Shown piece by piece: positions 37,386-52,300 of a DNA stretch of 64,000 nucleotides (its first letter is position 1; every line of letters begins with the position of its first letter). The stretch is from Azolla caroliniana. Lineage: Eukaryota; Plantae; Polypodiophyta. A program made the translations under genes and the position numbers. The DNA lies in contig JBHGNT010000001.1 in the NCBI GenBank assembly GCA_043228905.1, positions 31,620,001-31,684,000 on the forward strand, read 5' to 3'. The notes beneath the pieces are model-generated. The model had not been told where the DNA came from. It was given only the letters and a program-made list of their open reading frames with translations, and made no database searches.

Positions 37386-37457
37386 GCGGATATGATGGAA
37401 TTGGTAGACATGCCAGGTTTAGGTTCTGGTGACCTTACTCAGTCGTGGGGGTTCGAA
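37386..37457 (+). tRNA. trnL: Mitochondrial-type trnL-UAG, truncated in the T loop
   Basis: GCGGATATGATGGAATTGGTAGACATG-CCAGG-TTTAGGT-TCTGG-long variable arm-GGGGGTTCGAA; anticodon TAG; unlike plastid trnL-UAG (CTGCTCTTAGGAAGCAG arm). Confidence 0.72.
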
Positions 37458-37459
37458 GA

Positions 37460-37747
37460 GGTTTGTCTGTGACCAATCGACTAGTTCCGAAGAAATGAAT
37501 AGAAAATTAGCCTGGATTGAAGCAACCTTGAATGATTCTGATCCTCGCGTGAAGCGTTTTTACACAGACCGTCCATCGTTTCGAACGAATCGAGAACCCA
37601 CCGAGGAACCGTCTGGCTACGATCGTTTCGGTGGTACAACGGCTTATGAATCCATAAGCCTGGTACCCCGATCTTTGACTCGTACCTTGTCGAGATTCAA
37701 GGCTGAATTGACGAGTCAATCGAATTTTTCAGTACTTAATGATTTCA
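37460..37747 (+). pseudogene. cemA: Plastid cemA fragment (N-terminal extension of seed-free plants)
   Basis: EMNRKLAWIEATLND...TTAYESISLVPRSLTRTLSRFKAEL. Confidence 0.8.
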
Positions 37748-38290
37748 TATGCAGAAAAATTTTATCAACAAAAAAATAACGAATCAGAAATAAAGATAAA
37801 TTCCATTTTTGATTTGAAGTTATGGATAGTTCCAGATCCTATGGAATTTAACAATTTTTTTCTAAAAACAATAGAATCTAATCTTAGTTTTTCAAGTACA
37901 AAGAAAGAGGATACCGAAAAAAAGACGTCAAATAATTTAGACTTAACACCTAATAATTTAGAATTAAAATCAAACAATTTAGACTTAACACCTAATAATT
38001 TAGAATTAAAATCAAACAATTTAGACTTAACACCTAATGAGTTAGACTTAACACCTAATGAGTTAGACTTAACACCTAATGATTTAGACTTGACGTCTAA
38101 GAATTTAGAATTAGATGATAGCTTTAAAGGTATATTGAAACAGAAATACGATATAACATTAAAAAAGAGAGAGAGTCTCAATTATCTATCTCGGTGGAAG
38201 TGGAAATCCAAAGCGTTGGAAGGAAAATTAGAAGACTTGAGGAATTTCATGGTTCTTGTTGATGTATTGGAAAATGATCAAGATCTCATT
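37748..38290 (+). pseudogene. ycf1: Probable plastid ycf1 fragment with 21-bp tandem repeats
   Basis: LKLWIVPD..; (NNLDLTP/NNLELKS/NELDLTP)n; YLSRWKWKSKALEGKL. Confidence 0.65.
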
Positions 38291-38630
38291 GAAACAGAAA
38301 TTCCCACGTTGATTGCTGGTCGAATCCCAGCATTAAAAAGATCTGCTGATAGAAATATTTGTCCATCGGTAATAGAAATTACATTGGTGGGAATGTATGC
38401 CGAGACATCCCCCGCCTGGGTCTCCACGATGGGTAGAGCCGTCATACTACCTTCACCCAAATCAAGACTTAATTTAGCCGCTCTTTCCAAAAGACGAGAA
38501 TGCAAATGAAAAACATCTCCCGGATATGCTTCTCGCCCCGGTGGTCTTCTCAACAAAAGAGACATTTGTCGATAAGCCTGGGCTTGCTTAGAGAGATCAT
38601 CATAAATGATCAAGGTATGTTGTTTGCGAT
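38290..38630 (-). pseudogene. atpA: Plastid atpA internal fragment
   Basis: [60 protein letters not shown]. Confidence 0.95.
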
Positions 38631-38765
38631 GAACCGTAGCGTGAAGTAGGAACGAAGAAGCGACAGTCTTGATAGACTCACCCCCAACTTCTTTTTGCTC
38701 AGTACGTAAATCGGATTAGACAAAAAAATCACCGACGAGTAATTACCAACTAGATATATCCATCC

Positions 38766-38888
38766 TTAGAGAGATGATCCCAGCCCCGAATAGGCTCCGT
38801 AAAAAAATATCCCTAACAATCCTATTACAAGTGTACCAGCTACAGTCCCGATCAACCACAAAGGAATCCTTCCAGTGGTATTGGTCGT
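38766..38888 (-). pseudogene. psbJ: Plastid psbJ, ACG start
   Basis: (M)[30 protein letters not shown]. Confidence 0.93.
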
Positions 38889-39018
38889 TTGTACCACCCC
38901 CTCCCCTTACCCTACTTCGTTTGGTTCCACCACTCGGTCACGACTTAAGACATGAACGGTCACGAATGATTAGGATTTTGATCTTCCTTCGCTCGAAGTT
39001 AACGATCGTTTTCCATCC

Positions 39019-39135
39019 TTAATTGAAGAAATAATTAGAAAAAAGGACAGCAAGTACAAGGATCAGTAATAGTCCCCAGTAAAGGCTTGTGCGATTCAAT
39101 TCTACACTTTGTTTATTTGGATTTGGTTGTGTCAT
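39019..39135 (-). pseudogene. psbL: Plastid psbL
   Basis: [38 protein letters not shown]. Confidence 0.95.
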
Positions 39136-39157
39136 AGATTCAAAACTCATGTAAAAA

Positions 39158-39286
<129 letters not shown>

Positions 39287-39538
39287 CTAAAATGGTTTAG
39301 TAAACGCATCAACCTGTTCCAACGAGTCGAAACGGCCGGTTATTAAAGGAACTTCTTGTCGGTTCTCAGAGAAATATTCGTTAGGGCGGGGGCTTCCAAA
39401 AACATCATAAGCTAAACCTGTACTGACAAAAAGCCAACCTGCTATAAACGGGGAGGGTATAGTGATGCTGTGGATGACCCAGTATCAAGTACTAGTAATG
39501 ATGTCGGCAAAGGGACGTTCTCCTGTATTCCCAGACGT
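39287..39538 (-). pseudogene. psbE: Plastid psbE, ACG start, in-frame TGA at codon 18
   Basis: (M)[54 protein letters not shown]. Confidence 0.95.
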
Positions 39539-40174
39539 GTTTAGCTCCGTATTTCTATCTCGTGATACTCAACTTAAAAGGATTTTTTTTTGTAAGGAAG
39601 TAGCGACACTGAAGGGTCAGGGATCCGCCAGCGCACCTCACCGAACCGGAATCAATCCAAAAAGGTTGTCACTATTATACCAAGGGTATATCGTAAATAT
39701 ACTGGATAAGTATAGCTATCCTCCCTTCGATGCGGCAAGCCATACTAAAAAGTACCGGTGGGTACGCAACAAGTTGTTATGGACTATCTGTAATCCTTCC
39801 TTTTGCGTCATTTTAAGTTAAGTCGATAAGAAAAAAAACTATAAGAAAATCTTTTTTTTTTTCTTACTTAATTTGATCTTAAAAAAAACAGCGATAGCTG
39901 ATTGGTCGATGACTGACGAAAGCTTGGTTACCCCTGTACGGAAGATAGGAGGAACAGGTATTCTCAAAAAACTATTTCGTGATATACTATGTAATCGATA
40001 TTGGGGGTTCAACCAAAAAAGTTTATCGCCCCCGAATGATTGGATTGGATACATTTGATTCGGTCGACCCGACTAAACCAGCAACGAAACAAATAGATGG
40101 TTCATAACAGAGTCCAAGAGTTTTAGCCCGACGGGACAACTCATATTACTCTTTAATCGATTTGAACTACTAAT

Positions 40175-40279
40175 ACGGAAGTTAACATTCTTGCGTTCGT
40201 AGCCACCGCACTTTTCATCCTAATCCCAACAGCTTTTTTACTGATTCTCTATATTCAAACGGCCGCTCAAAACAACTGA
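40175..40279 (+). pseudogene. psbM: Plastid psbM, copy 2 (ACG start)
   Basis: Same sequence as copy 1; convergent with petN as in plastomes. Confidence 0.93.
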
Positions 40280-40554
40280 TGTTGGTTGGCATAAGGCAGC
40301 GTTTGTAAATGAGCAAAGAAACTTAGAATAAGTATTCGTTGTGGGATAGGGAAGAACAGACCAGTTTTTTGAGGCACGGCGGGCGGTTATACGCAGCACA
40401 GTTCCGGTAGCGAAACGCCGTCGTTCTTTTCGAGTAGAGATTGGACCCCCCTCTCCGCAAAAAAGGTAGAGGGGGGTTGCTTGTCTTGTACCTCCTCCGC
40501 AACGATGAGCATTAATCAGATCAATCTACAAGAGGAAGAGTCAACCACTTTTTT

Positions 40555-40644
40555 TTACGATCCGCTTCTTCCCCAAACTACAAGTGATAAAGAGAACGTA
40601 GATGTCGCCGTCGAAGCAGCCCAAGCTATACTAACTGGATCCGT
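40555..40644 (-). pseudogene. petN: Plastid petN, heavily pre-edited
   Basis: [29 protein letters not shown] becomes [29 protein letters not shown] after C-to-U changes. Confidence 0.9.
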
Positions 40645-40779
40645 GATTGTGATTCCTATCTTTCCGACTATCCCAAAAATTACTTTTGATCGATTATCTA
40701 CGAGTCTACGCATGGATATCCCACATACGCAACGCGTGAGGATTTGATTCCTACTTACTAGGATACCCTAATAGCGAAG

Positions 40780-41751
<972 letters not shown>

Positions 41752-42202
41752 TTCGTTTCCATCACGAAACATTAACGTTTGGGATCTTTACTTACGACCG
41801 ATCCTCCCCAGATACCCCAACTTCCATGGAATCCGTACTAAACGTTTTCCTTTTTCGGAAAAAAAAGGGGGGGGGGGGTTCCACGAGGAATCGTTACTTC
41901 ACCCATCGAATGACTATACCTATTTCTATGAATCTCTTAGGAACTTCTCTCTTACATGACAACAAGAGATTCTATAAGTTCTTCTTTTCATTAATCGTAT
42001 TAAGCAGTCGGATTAGTTGCTCAAATCAAAGTATAAGCGGGTTCTTTTTTAGTTAGACATTCGTTTTGCTAGTTTTCCCTCTCCGACGGATTACCCCGCT
42101 TCGGGCTAGACTAGATGTTACAAAAAAAAGGTATACGATGGACCTTCGGAAATTTATCAATTGGTTTGGCTTTAATAAAAAGAAACCTCAAAAAAAAAAA
42201 AA

Positions 42203-42220
42203 ATACATGGAGAGAAAATC
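42203..42220 (+). repeat. Right copy of 18-bp target-site duplication, preceded by an A13 run
   Basis: ATACATGGAGAGAAAATC after A-run 42190-42202. Confidence 0.9.
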
Positions 42221-43340
42221 GACACACCAAACATTATAAAGGCAACAAAACAAACACCTCAGAACTGACTTTTTTTAGCCAACAGCAAATTTTAATTGAA
42301 GGAAGAAAGATATATATACATATACATATATAGTGTTTTAAAAAGATGACTCGTCTAAATCTACAATAAAATATGTTTTTATTTCAATTGATCAGTACCG
42401 CATACAAATTGAGGTGTTCGAAGATTTTTGCTAAGGAAAGATATGAGATGTGATGTATCATGTGATATAACCTTTGATTAATCCAGAAAGTAGACAAACG
42501 TTATTCAATAATATATACCCTGTTACAAGCCAAAGCCCAAATAAGAACAAAAAGCTTGGTTGAATTTCTGAGACAGGCCTTCTTAATAAGGGAATTTATT
42601 TTATCTGCAGCCAATTTGTGAACAGTTTTTCGAAATGTGAAGAGCTGTTCCAAATATAAAGAATTACAATCTCTGGGTATTATTAGTGTTGTAGCCCCAG
42701 ACTATTAAACTTGCCACTGATATTCAATGTAAATCTTTTATATACAAAACATGTAGAGCCACTTCTGTGTATTTCCTGAGTCTGTATTAGTCCAAATCTG
42801 TTGACTAACCAGTGTGATTCACATCAAATAGATTCTAGAATCCAAATAGTCATTATGATACCCACAACCTTCTGTATATGTATTGTTGACCTGAAAACTG
42901 TGTTATGCTCATAGCGTGTATATTTCTCCTTTAGTTTCCACCATACCTGCTCTATCATCTGTTCATAAATGAACAATACACTGAAATTAAAACAGCCTCC
43001 ACAGTTAAGCTTTGGAATGCAGATGGCTCTTTTTACTTTCTGAATAAACAGACAGATCAACCCTTAACTCTTTCATGAACTTGTTCTCTTATAACTCCCT
43101 ATAATGTGCCCCTTAATATCAGTTCTACCTTTGAAGTACCTTTGCTTGCATACTGCCATTCTATACAACCTTTCTATACTACCTTTGAAACTACATATAC
43201 CCTTTTAATCCATAGCAGATGCCTTTGTATACCCAGTGCTTTGATCCCTTTGGAACTAAATATAACAGGTAAATATAAATCTGTGGCTCAAATGGTTGGC
43301 ATTCCCGTACAAGGCACACTGATTCCAATGGCTGATAGTA

Positions 43341-46300
43341 CTAGCTTGGATTATCCAACAGGGAACTAAATGTAGGAACTGAAGGCAAATATGAATCTGT
43401 CACAGCATCTTCAAATGAAGTGGATGGAGCCATATTATGTGTTGGCCCGCTGTATGGAGTCCGCACATTTTTGTGTTGTATACTCTGTGAGATAAAATAC
43501 AAGTAAATCATTACCACAACGTTGTCAACCTCAAGTAAAATTCCTATATACAAAAAGAAAGGCCATACCCTCATTCCAATGTGTAACATATCCGGAGCAT
43601 ACATAGCCATAACTTGTTGGATTTTAGTAAAAACCTCATCAGCTTGGTCGGTGCTTGGATCACATTTAACAACACGAATAGTTTCTTTTGAATCAACCTT
43701 CTCATACAGATGCAAATTCAACCGTGATGGCCTTCCAATATCATTTTTCCCAGAAGCTCGCTCAATTCTATTAATATCTTTCCATGTTACATCCCATAAG
43801 ACCGAACTTGGATCCTTCAGAAGATCAGGCTTCCTTTGTAGAATGTTACTAGTAGGATGCTGCATCAAACAAAGTATAGGAGACCAAAGTCAGGGAAAAA
43901 AAAACCAAATTATGAAAAGGAACTTAAGCTTTATTCAAGGCTAAGATATCTGTAGTTACTTGCAGCAAAATCACTCTTCGATGAGTAATTATCAAAATCC
44001 TTCCTTTGGGAAGATTGTAGTGGGCTTCATAGGCATCTGTTGTAGCAAACTTGCCACGAACTTTGAAAATATCCATTGGACCAAAGATTGAACCAGCTTC
44101 AGCAAGCTGCAGTAAGACCTGCAATGCCCAGATATTGTGGGAAATAAAAAACAGAGCTCATACCTCAAGAATTACGATATATAGCACATGGATTCTGGAA
44201 AGAAATACCTGTCCTTGAGCCTTAAATCCATCATATGGCCGAAGAACTTTATCAGCCCCAACAACTCGAGGAAGACGATGGCGTAATGCCACACCTTCAG
44301 ATGTAATGACAGCCGCAATCTTTGTCTTCATTGCATTTGCACCTTCAGTTGTTTTGGAAAGGAGATCAAGTACACCACTCACTGGTTGAGCTGCTACGCC
44401 AATGATACCCTTGCCCACACCTTGTACAAAGCCTTCCATCCCAGAAGCTCTGGCACCCTCTAATGGTTTTGTAAGTATGCCAGTTACACCTCTGAATAAC
44501 CCTTTGCCTAAAGCTTCAGCTCCCTCTCTGAAACCCTCTCCAAACCCTTCTACGGATGCTTTGGTGTCCTGCATTAGTGAATAATGATCATGAACTAAAA
44601 GAAGTAATTGTGAGTAATAATCAGGTCATAAATCTGTTTACCAGTCTTTGTCGGCTTTTTATAAATTTTTTGTCCATAGAAAGAGCAGCCACACTTTTGC
44701 TCATGTGACCAAGGGCACTGCTTGCATTTCCAAGAATATCTACCCCAGAGAGAAGCAAGAGTGGATGACTCAAAACATCCTTTTTGATACCTGATACAGA
44801 AGAAGCTAGTAGGGAACTCTGACGCATGCAAATATCCTCATGGACTCGATGAGCAATTCTTACCTGTACAGGACAAAAAGACAATTTCTTATTCACTAAA
44901 TTATGTTTATAATAAAGTTATTCTATGCAGGAATTGTGTCGAGTACATTCAACTATGGGAAAGGTTGAGATGAACTAGATGTCTTATCGACTATAACATG
45001 GAGGAAATTGTTTCTTCAATTCAGTGGCAGTACTCTGGAGAATATCTATCAGCTAGATAGCAGGTACATAGACTCCCATAAAAAAAAGTGGATTGTGTCT
45101 ATGCTAATGTAGATCTATATTACCATAATAATCCACTCACATTGGCTTATAACTATCTTGGAGGCATGCTGGAAAAATGTATTGCTATGGAAACTGCTCT
45201 AAAGCATTTATACAAATGTCTATAAAAATTTAGCAATTTCTTGACAAACGAAAAATGGTAAACGTAGGTATCTAGAGATCAGAGGTGTTCGTGGGTAATA
45301 AAGAAAAACATAATACCACTATTTATTCAGCTAATTTCTCGAAAAAGAGATATAACATTAAGTTATCTGCACCTCTTAAGATTGCACAAAACATCATTAG
45401 GCTAATAATATTCATAAATCAGGAGCAATGGAACATCAATTATGTACTTCAACATAGCCAGTTTACTTCAATTTACATTCAACTATGTTCCGAGGAGATT
45501 GTGCAGGAAACAAACTGAAAGATACAAAAGGTGAGATCCATCTTTAAAGGCATAAGAGTAGATACATATAACATGCTGGAGCATACACTAGGGCATCATT
45601 TCCATATTTGTGCCTGTATGGGTTGCGTGAAAAATATTATAGATATCTTTGACAGGAAAGACCCCATCTGATCAGCTAGAAGTGATTATGTAGTTTACTA
45701 GCGTTTTCTTCTTGCTCTTCTTCAGCTTATTCATAAGAATCTCCTCATAATTGTCATTACAGGTTATCATATAAAAAAATTAAAGAACTCCATCCATAAC
45801 AACTCACTTGTAGATCATCAGTGTTCCCAAGAGCTGTCATAAGTGACGCCCAGAACCCAAGAGCACCTTGAGGTCTCTGAGAAGGAGACATGGCTAAAGA
45901 AACTTTGAAGCAAATTTCAGATGTATGCAACAGCCTGTAAAATAGAAGAAAATGAATGAAAGCTGACTCACATTTGAATGTTTTTGCTATACCAAATTCG
46001 AACCATGTTACCCTATGGTGATTATTGGATCTATGGAAACGTTGGATGTTTGAGTCATGGCTAGCCTGCCTAGGTTTAGCCGTTGAAACATCTGATGCAA
46101 CCTCCATATTATTGGCTCATGTATATTAATGAGGATAGGGGAATTAGAAGTACTTGGACACTGCATAAAACAGAATCTAAAGTGAGAAACCTTCAATCCA
46201 TCAACTCCACAGGACTCCTGTAGTAAGATTACCTGTATCCCAATGTAAGGATATCGATGTCGGTTCACAGCTCCATAATTTTGCATAGTTATGGTTGATT

Positions 46301-49300
46301 TGAATATAGAATCTAATGGGTTTGCTGCTACTTGCATCCGCAATAAAACAGGCATTGGAGTGAATGGTAGTTGATTATCTATTTGAAGCCCATTAATGTG
46401 AATTTTCAACCTGATAAAATGTTAACACTTTAGTAAACCACCTTCAAAAGAAGCCACAAATAACATTAGACCACAAGGTTTTGAAGATTCATACAAAAAC
46501 AGAGCAGCTACATTAGGTTTGCTGTACCTACAGATTTTAGTCATTCAACTCATACATGCAATGAAATTGCCTTTACCGTCTGCCGGAACTCCATGAGTCT
46601 GGAGCCCCATAAATGCAGTTGCTCCATCAGTAGGATTCCAAGAAACACTAATTCAAAGCGGGATATCTGGAGGAATAACCGGGAAACTTGCTACACTAAG
46701 GTCGTCAACAATGAAATCAAGGAACAAACAAAAGGAGTTTGGGACAGGAACTTGGCTTGGTAGGCTCTTGGTGAATTTGAAACTAAAGTTGTGAACATGT
46801 AATGAAGCTGCCATCTTTTGGCTCACACGCAAGAAATTCACCAAAATATAGAAGCACAAGAACGAACAATCGTGTGAAACTGGGTTTGGAAATGGTTAAA
46901 TACAAATCATAGAGCTACAACCAATTTTAAATTGTTTTTTAGGTGTAGGGAACAAGCAAATCCTACTATGCATGGCAAAGTAACCCCTCCACAAAGTATT
47001 CAAGTTGAACTGAATAAGCTTGTTCAGAATACATCCATTTGGCGTGCTGGACGATGAAGGATGAATAAGACAACAATAAATATATATATGTTCTACTCAA
47101 GTGGTTTTCGCTTTTTATAATCTTTCCCCACTACTTTTGTTTGCGTAGTTTAAATGTTCGGCACCTCACTCACTATCCTAGTACCACATCCACTGAGTTT
47201 CCTATTTGTGGTTGCTCTCCTTCATCAAGGATATCAAAGCATAAAAAATATATGAAAAAAGAATGAAATATATGTTAACGTCTTTCACAATTGGCCTATG
47301 ACATCAATGAGCAATTGCAGATAAAATACCATATCACTTTGGAGAACCATCAGATAACATCTACTAACCAGACTCAGTGAAACTAGTGTAAGCACAAGAT
47401 ATTCCAAATAGCTAGCACACAGATTGACTGAAACTTCTGCCCTTGAAAGGTTTGCCAAAATGGGCAATCCAAGATGAAATTTGGGTGTCAGGTGATACTA
47501 GCATTAAGTTGTGGATACCAAGGGTCCATGGGGTCATGGTCAAGATGGATGGTATCCTACATCAAAAAAAAATTTAATGCATGACCTTCATAGCATTAAC
47601 ATACTCCAAATTTTGTGGCCGAGGCCCTGTTTTTGTGGCCCTTGATTAACTTGCAGCAGAGTAAGGGTGATGGTGTTAAAGAAGCTAGTGACGATGATTT
47701 GCTGATAAGGTTGTGGTCCAGATTGTTGTCTTCCAACAGCTTCTCTCTATGTCTTTTGATTTCTTGTAAGAACAATCTTTGTAGGCACTAATTGTCAGAT
47801 TTCCTCCATATCATTGGGTGCACATCTGCCTGTCTCAATCTTCAACAGATCAGAAGAGCTCCTGCGCTGTCCTACTACACTACGGACGGCAGAGAGATAT
47901 GCATATCCATACAATAGAGACTAATTATAAATACATCCCAAGGTAAAAATAGGAAATCCGCAAGCGCTATCATGAGCACCTAGTAATATCCTCCTACACA
48001 TGCTCCTAGACACCCAATCTATCTATATAAGGGAAATATAGACGATATTAAGAGTTATTGTTATTAATACTGCAGGGGAACCTGAAACCTTAAGGACTCC
48101 AGGTTTCACATTGTCCTGCTTGATGTATTGATGGGTGATGATGGTAAAGGGAATCTAGTTGTGATAGATATAGGCATCAGATGACATACCAACACTTCAA
48201 GATGGAATGTAATGGCACTATTAAATGACGCTTCATCTACTCGGTTTTCGACTCCGAATAAACCAGAAGTGTTATTTTATCAGTTCACACAAATGGAAGA
48301 TTATCCAAATTTTCACTCAAACGACCTTCATGTGTGGTACCTATACCCGAAACCAACACAGGTGGGTAGATAGACAATAAACGTAATAGAAAAACAATGA
48401 AAAAGTTTTGATTTACCTGCTTATACCAGAACCAAGTCCTGTTGCATATATTACACTGAAGTCTTGGACTGATACATACAAAAGCTCCTCTGGAGTGTGA
48501 TCCACAAGAGAGATACCTAGCTCGAATAAATTAAATGCAATCTGTACTTGACGTTCTATCTGATGCTTCTGGACAGATTTTGTTCTATTTGCAAGTTGCA
48601 GCTGTTCTGCATTCAGCACCTTAGTTGAGCTTGATGGAACAATTAATAAACTTTGGTTGCTTGGCATCCAGTCACAAACCTTCACAACTTGAATGGATCC
48701 CTCTCTAACAATACTAATATGAAATGCGGCAACAGGTGTAGAATCTGACATCATTGGTTCATAATCTGCACATTCATCAATTGCAATTATTTTTGATCTT
48801 GATGGTTCTGCACCATCAACCATGACTTCAAGTTTACGTTCCTTTTGAAGGTCTTCCCATGCAAAGGGCACTGCAGAACCTGGGAGCAGAAGTTGCCAGG
48901 AGCTACTGTCACCACCAACCTGATGAACTTTAATTGGAAACACAGTTGATTGGTTCACAATTCTGCCATATCACTCGCATTTTAGGAAAATGTTAATGGA
49001 AATACCATTTCAGAAACATTTCAACAACCTAGCAAAAAGCATGCTCCTACCGATAAGGGCTATTGAATGACACAAAACGAAAAATAACAAGGTAGCGGGA
49101 GTCTGAAGTTCCATTTCTAACATCCACCCTGATAAGCATGTTATTGTCGGCATTTTCCTGACTTTTTAATGTAACATGTGATGTTCCCTCATTATCTACA
49201 GAAAAGGGAGTGCTCCATTTACAACCATCAATGGAAATCTGGGACAGAAAATACATCTTACATAAATCTTCACAGAAATCTTCAACACAATTTTTCTATA

Positions 49301-52300
49301 GCTCATGAAGAGAGAGGAATTTTATTGTATACCTTGATTAACTCAGGTTCCTTGTCTGATCGCCACAATACAACTTTTGGAGGGTCATTGGCATCAAGCA
49401 ATTCAGCATCATCAATATTACATTGTCGTATATAAAGCAATCGGCCAATCCGGTTCACATAGAGTGCATGAGGTTGAACATTCACCACCTAGAGGTTATT
49501 GCACAAAAGAGCAAGTTAAATATATCTGAAATTTTTTGAAGACTAGCGAGGAAGGCTGAAACCCAATTAGAGATAATAACATGAGATGTCTCTTTACATA
49601 TTATACAGCACTCTTTTTACACGAATCACAGAATGGATTTATCATCAAGCCTCATATGAATACACATTTATCTCATGCACTGGCAGTATAATAGGGAAAC
49701 TCATGATTTCTCACATTCGTTCGAAATTGAGATAGGTAAATATACATGCAATTATATGTAAGAAGGGATGTGCCCTTGGGGGTGGAATCAGGAGTACATT
49801 ATGTCTGACATTGTGTTGTTTTATATGAAACAAGAGGGAGACACCATTGCCTCAAGGCTTCAGAAACTTAGGGACCATTATAAAGTTCATTTCAATGGTT
49901 TAAGGGTAGGAAAAATGGGAAACCTATAATTGATGTAGAAATTTCATGTACAGTTTTGTATACTGACATTGAAGCTGACTCCTCTGTTAGATATTCCACA
50001 ACAACATCAAAATTCCTAAGGCTTTTTCTAAACTATATAGAGTAAACAAATCTACCATTTCTTGATAATCCTTTTTCACTCATCTGCAACAGAGAAGGGT
50101 GTGTTGTCTTACCTTTGTTCTCTCAGAGGACATACTCAAAAATACTGAAAGCTTGTAGTAGGCCCCACTCCCATCCATGGCCCTCATAGTAATGCGTTCC
50201 TAAATGACATCATAATTGAAGAATATCTCAATTTATACACAATGTCCAAATCCTTAAATACTTATAATAGTACCATCGGCAACTGTCATAAACTTACATT
50301 GTCTTCCAAGTCTTTGAAGGAAATTCCTTGTCGGAAAACTTTTGAGTGCAGTGCACATGCTGAAATTCCAAGTCGAGGGGATAGTAAGCTGTCTTCTGCT
50401 GCTCTTGGAGAAAAAGGCATAAAACCAGCTCTGTTTAGCTGAGCTTGAGGTGACATCATAACCTTCACGCTACGAGTACTCTCAAAGTGTTCAAGGCACT
50501 GGACTACAGATGATATTCTTGAGTCCCTAGTTTCAATGGTGTGTGAAGGACGTGAAGCAGCATGCTTAGCAGCTTTTGCGGCTCTCAACAACCAAGGTGT
50601 TTCTGTGTCTGATCCTTTAACAGGCTCAACTTCAACAATAGAATAAGCTAGAGGGATAGCAGCTTTATTGTAAATCCAGTAGGGAACAAAAATTCGCACA
50701 GTTTTGGCATAGGCATTATTACTGCCAAACTCACGCTCCAAGCTAATTTGTAACTTTCTGCAAGAAAAGATTGGGAAATGTTAGCATATATCATTTCTCA
50801 TGGCACAAGGTAAAATAAATACCTCATTGATATTCTAATATGAAAACCCATATTCTCTTGATACAAAGATGGTTATTTTCGTACAAAATTTGGGAACTCA
50901 AGATGGTGCTGCCACACTTGTGGCATACTGAACAATCAAGACTGTCTTATTATCTTACATTTTCAAGCAGGAACTGTGAAAATAGGAGATTCTTTTCAGC
51001 CAAATTTATTTCTCCAGTAATAAACCATACAAAACAAACACAAATGTACCAGCCAGGGGTTCAGGGGCAACCTCTCTAAGTCAACCTGGGGTTTACATAA
51101 TCTAGGGCTACTCTATTATTGCCACAACACATGCATAAAGGTTTCTGGCTGGGAGAAACATGTCATATGTTTTCCTAGGGATCTTACATCATATGGCAAA
51201 TCATCCCCAAGCCATATCTGGAGTGTGCATTTTTTGTATTTCCACACTATTTTTTGTATCTTACATCATGTGATGCACACTAGAATTGGGTTTAGAAATG
51301 ACTATCTGAATAAGAAAACTGCAAGCTGTGCATTCAATATGCTTAGAAAAATCTAAACCAATTTTAATATGACCTGTTACTCTGCTGATTGATGAGTGAG
51401 AATGTAGCCGGCAGAACCTCGGTCATAGGATCTGAAATAAGCACCATTTCCTGACATAGAACATGCATTCCTATAAGCAATTTTGAATACATGTACCACA
51501 TCAAAATCATACAATGAAGGAACAAAAGCAGTTGAAAATACCTTCTCCAATCTCCATCCCCCTTGTACCAGCCAAGTAAGATAAATTGGTTTTCGCATAT
51601 CCACAGAGAAGATATTGATGAAACTGGCTGCTAGTACTACACCCCTCTCTCTCTGAACATGACTTCCTTCTCTCTGTTTCTCCCATACAGTATACTCAGC
51701 ATTACAGGGGAGGAGATTCTCTAGTTTCAGAGGTGCACTTACCAGGATCTTCCAATCATCTACTGGTACGCTCAATTCATTATAGAGGATTTCTGAATCA
51801 GACTCAATCCTTAACCACCACGCAACCCTAGATGCAGGATTTTCAGGGGAACACATAACCAACTCTTCTGTCTTTTGAAGAGCGTTCACCAGAAATGAAG
51901 ATATCAGATTAGCATTTTTCGCCGCATACGAAGTTCGCCGACTCAAAGGACTTTCACTTCTTGTGTACTCTCGGTTAAATACATCTCCAATAGAACGGCC
52001 CCATAAGCACTTTGCAGTTGTCTGGGACCATGGCCGTACTTGAAGACAATACTCTCTTTCTGATAAAATAGAATCTAAAGATATTGGAATATTCCCACCT
52101 GGCTCTACAATAGAGATGAATTGTTTAGGCAAGAGCTGATCATTTCCAGTAAGTTGTTGACGACTGCGACACCACCTTCTACGCCGAATAAAGTCAAAAG
52201 GTGACTTCTTACAAGATCGCATGGAATTTGGTGGCCACCTTAATGTCTGAAAATCTGGACCATATGCCCATCCATCATCATCAACATAACCAGCTTTGTC

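Noticed and set aside
42138-42202. MDLRKFINWF.. as the start of a plastid gene (possibly cemA) at the right border
   Set aside because: Too short to assign; left unannotated.
46560-47950. Coding-like patches in the long VPS13 intron
   Set aside because: Stops in the frames examined and no identifiable homology without a search.
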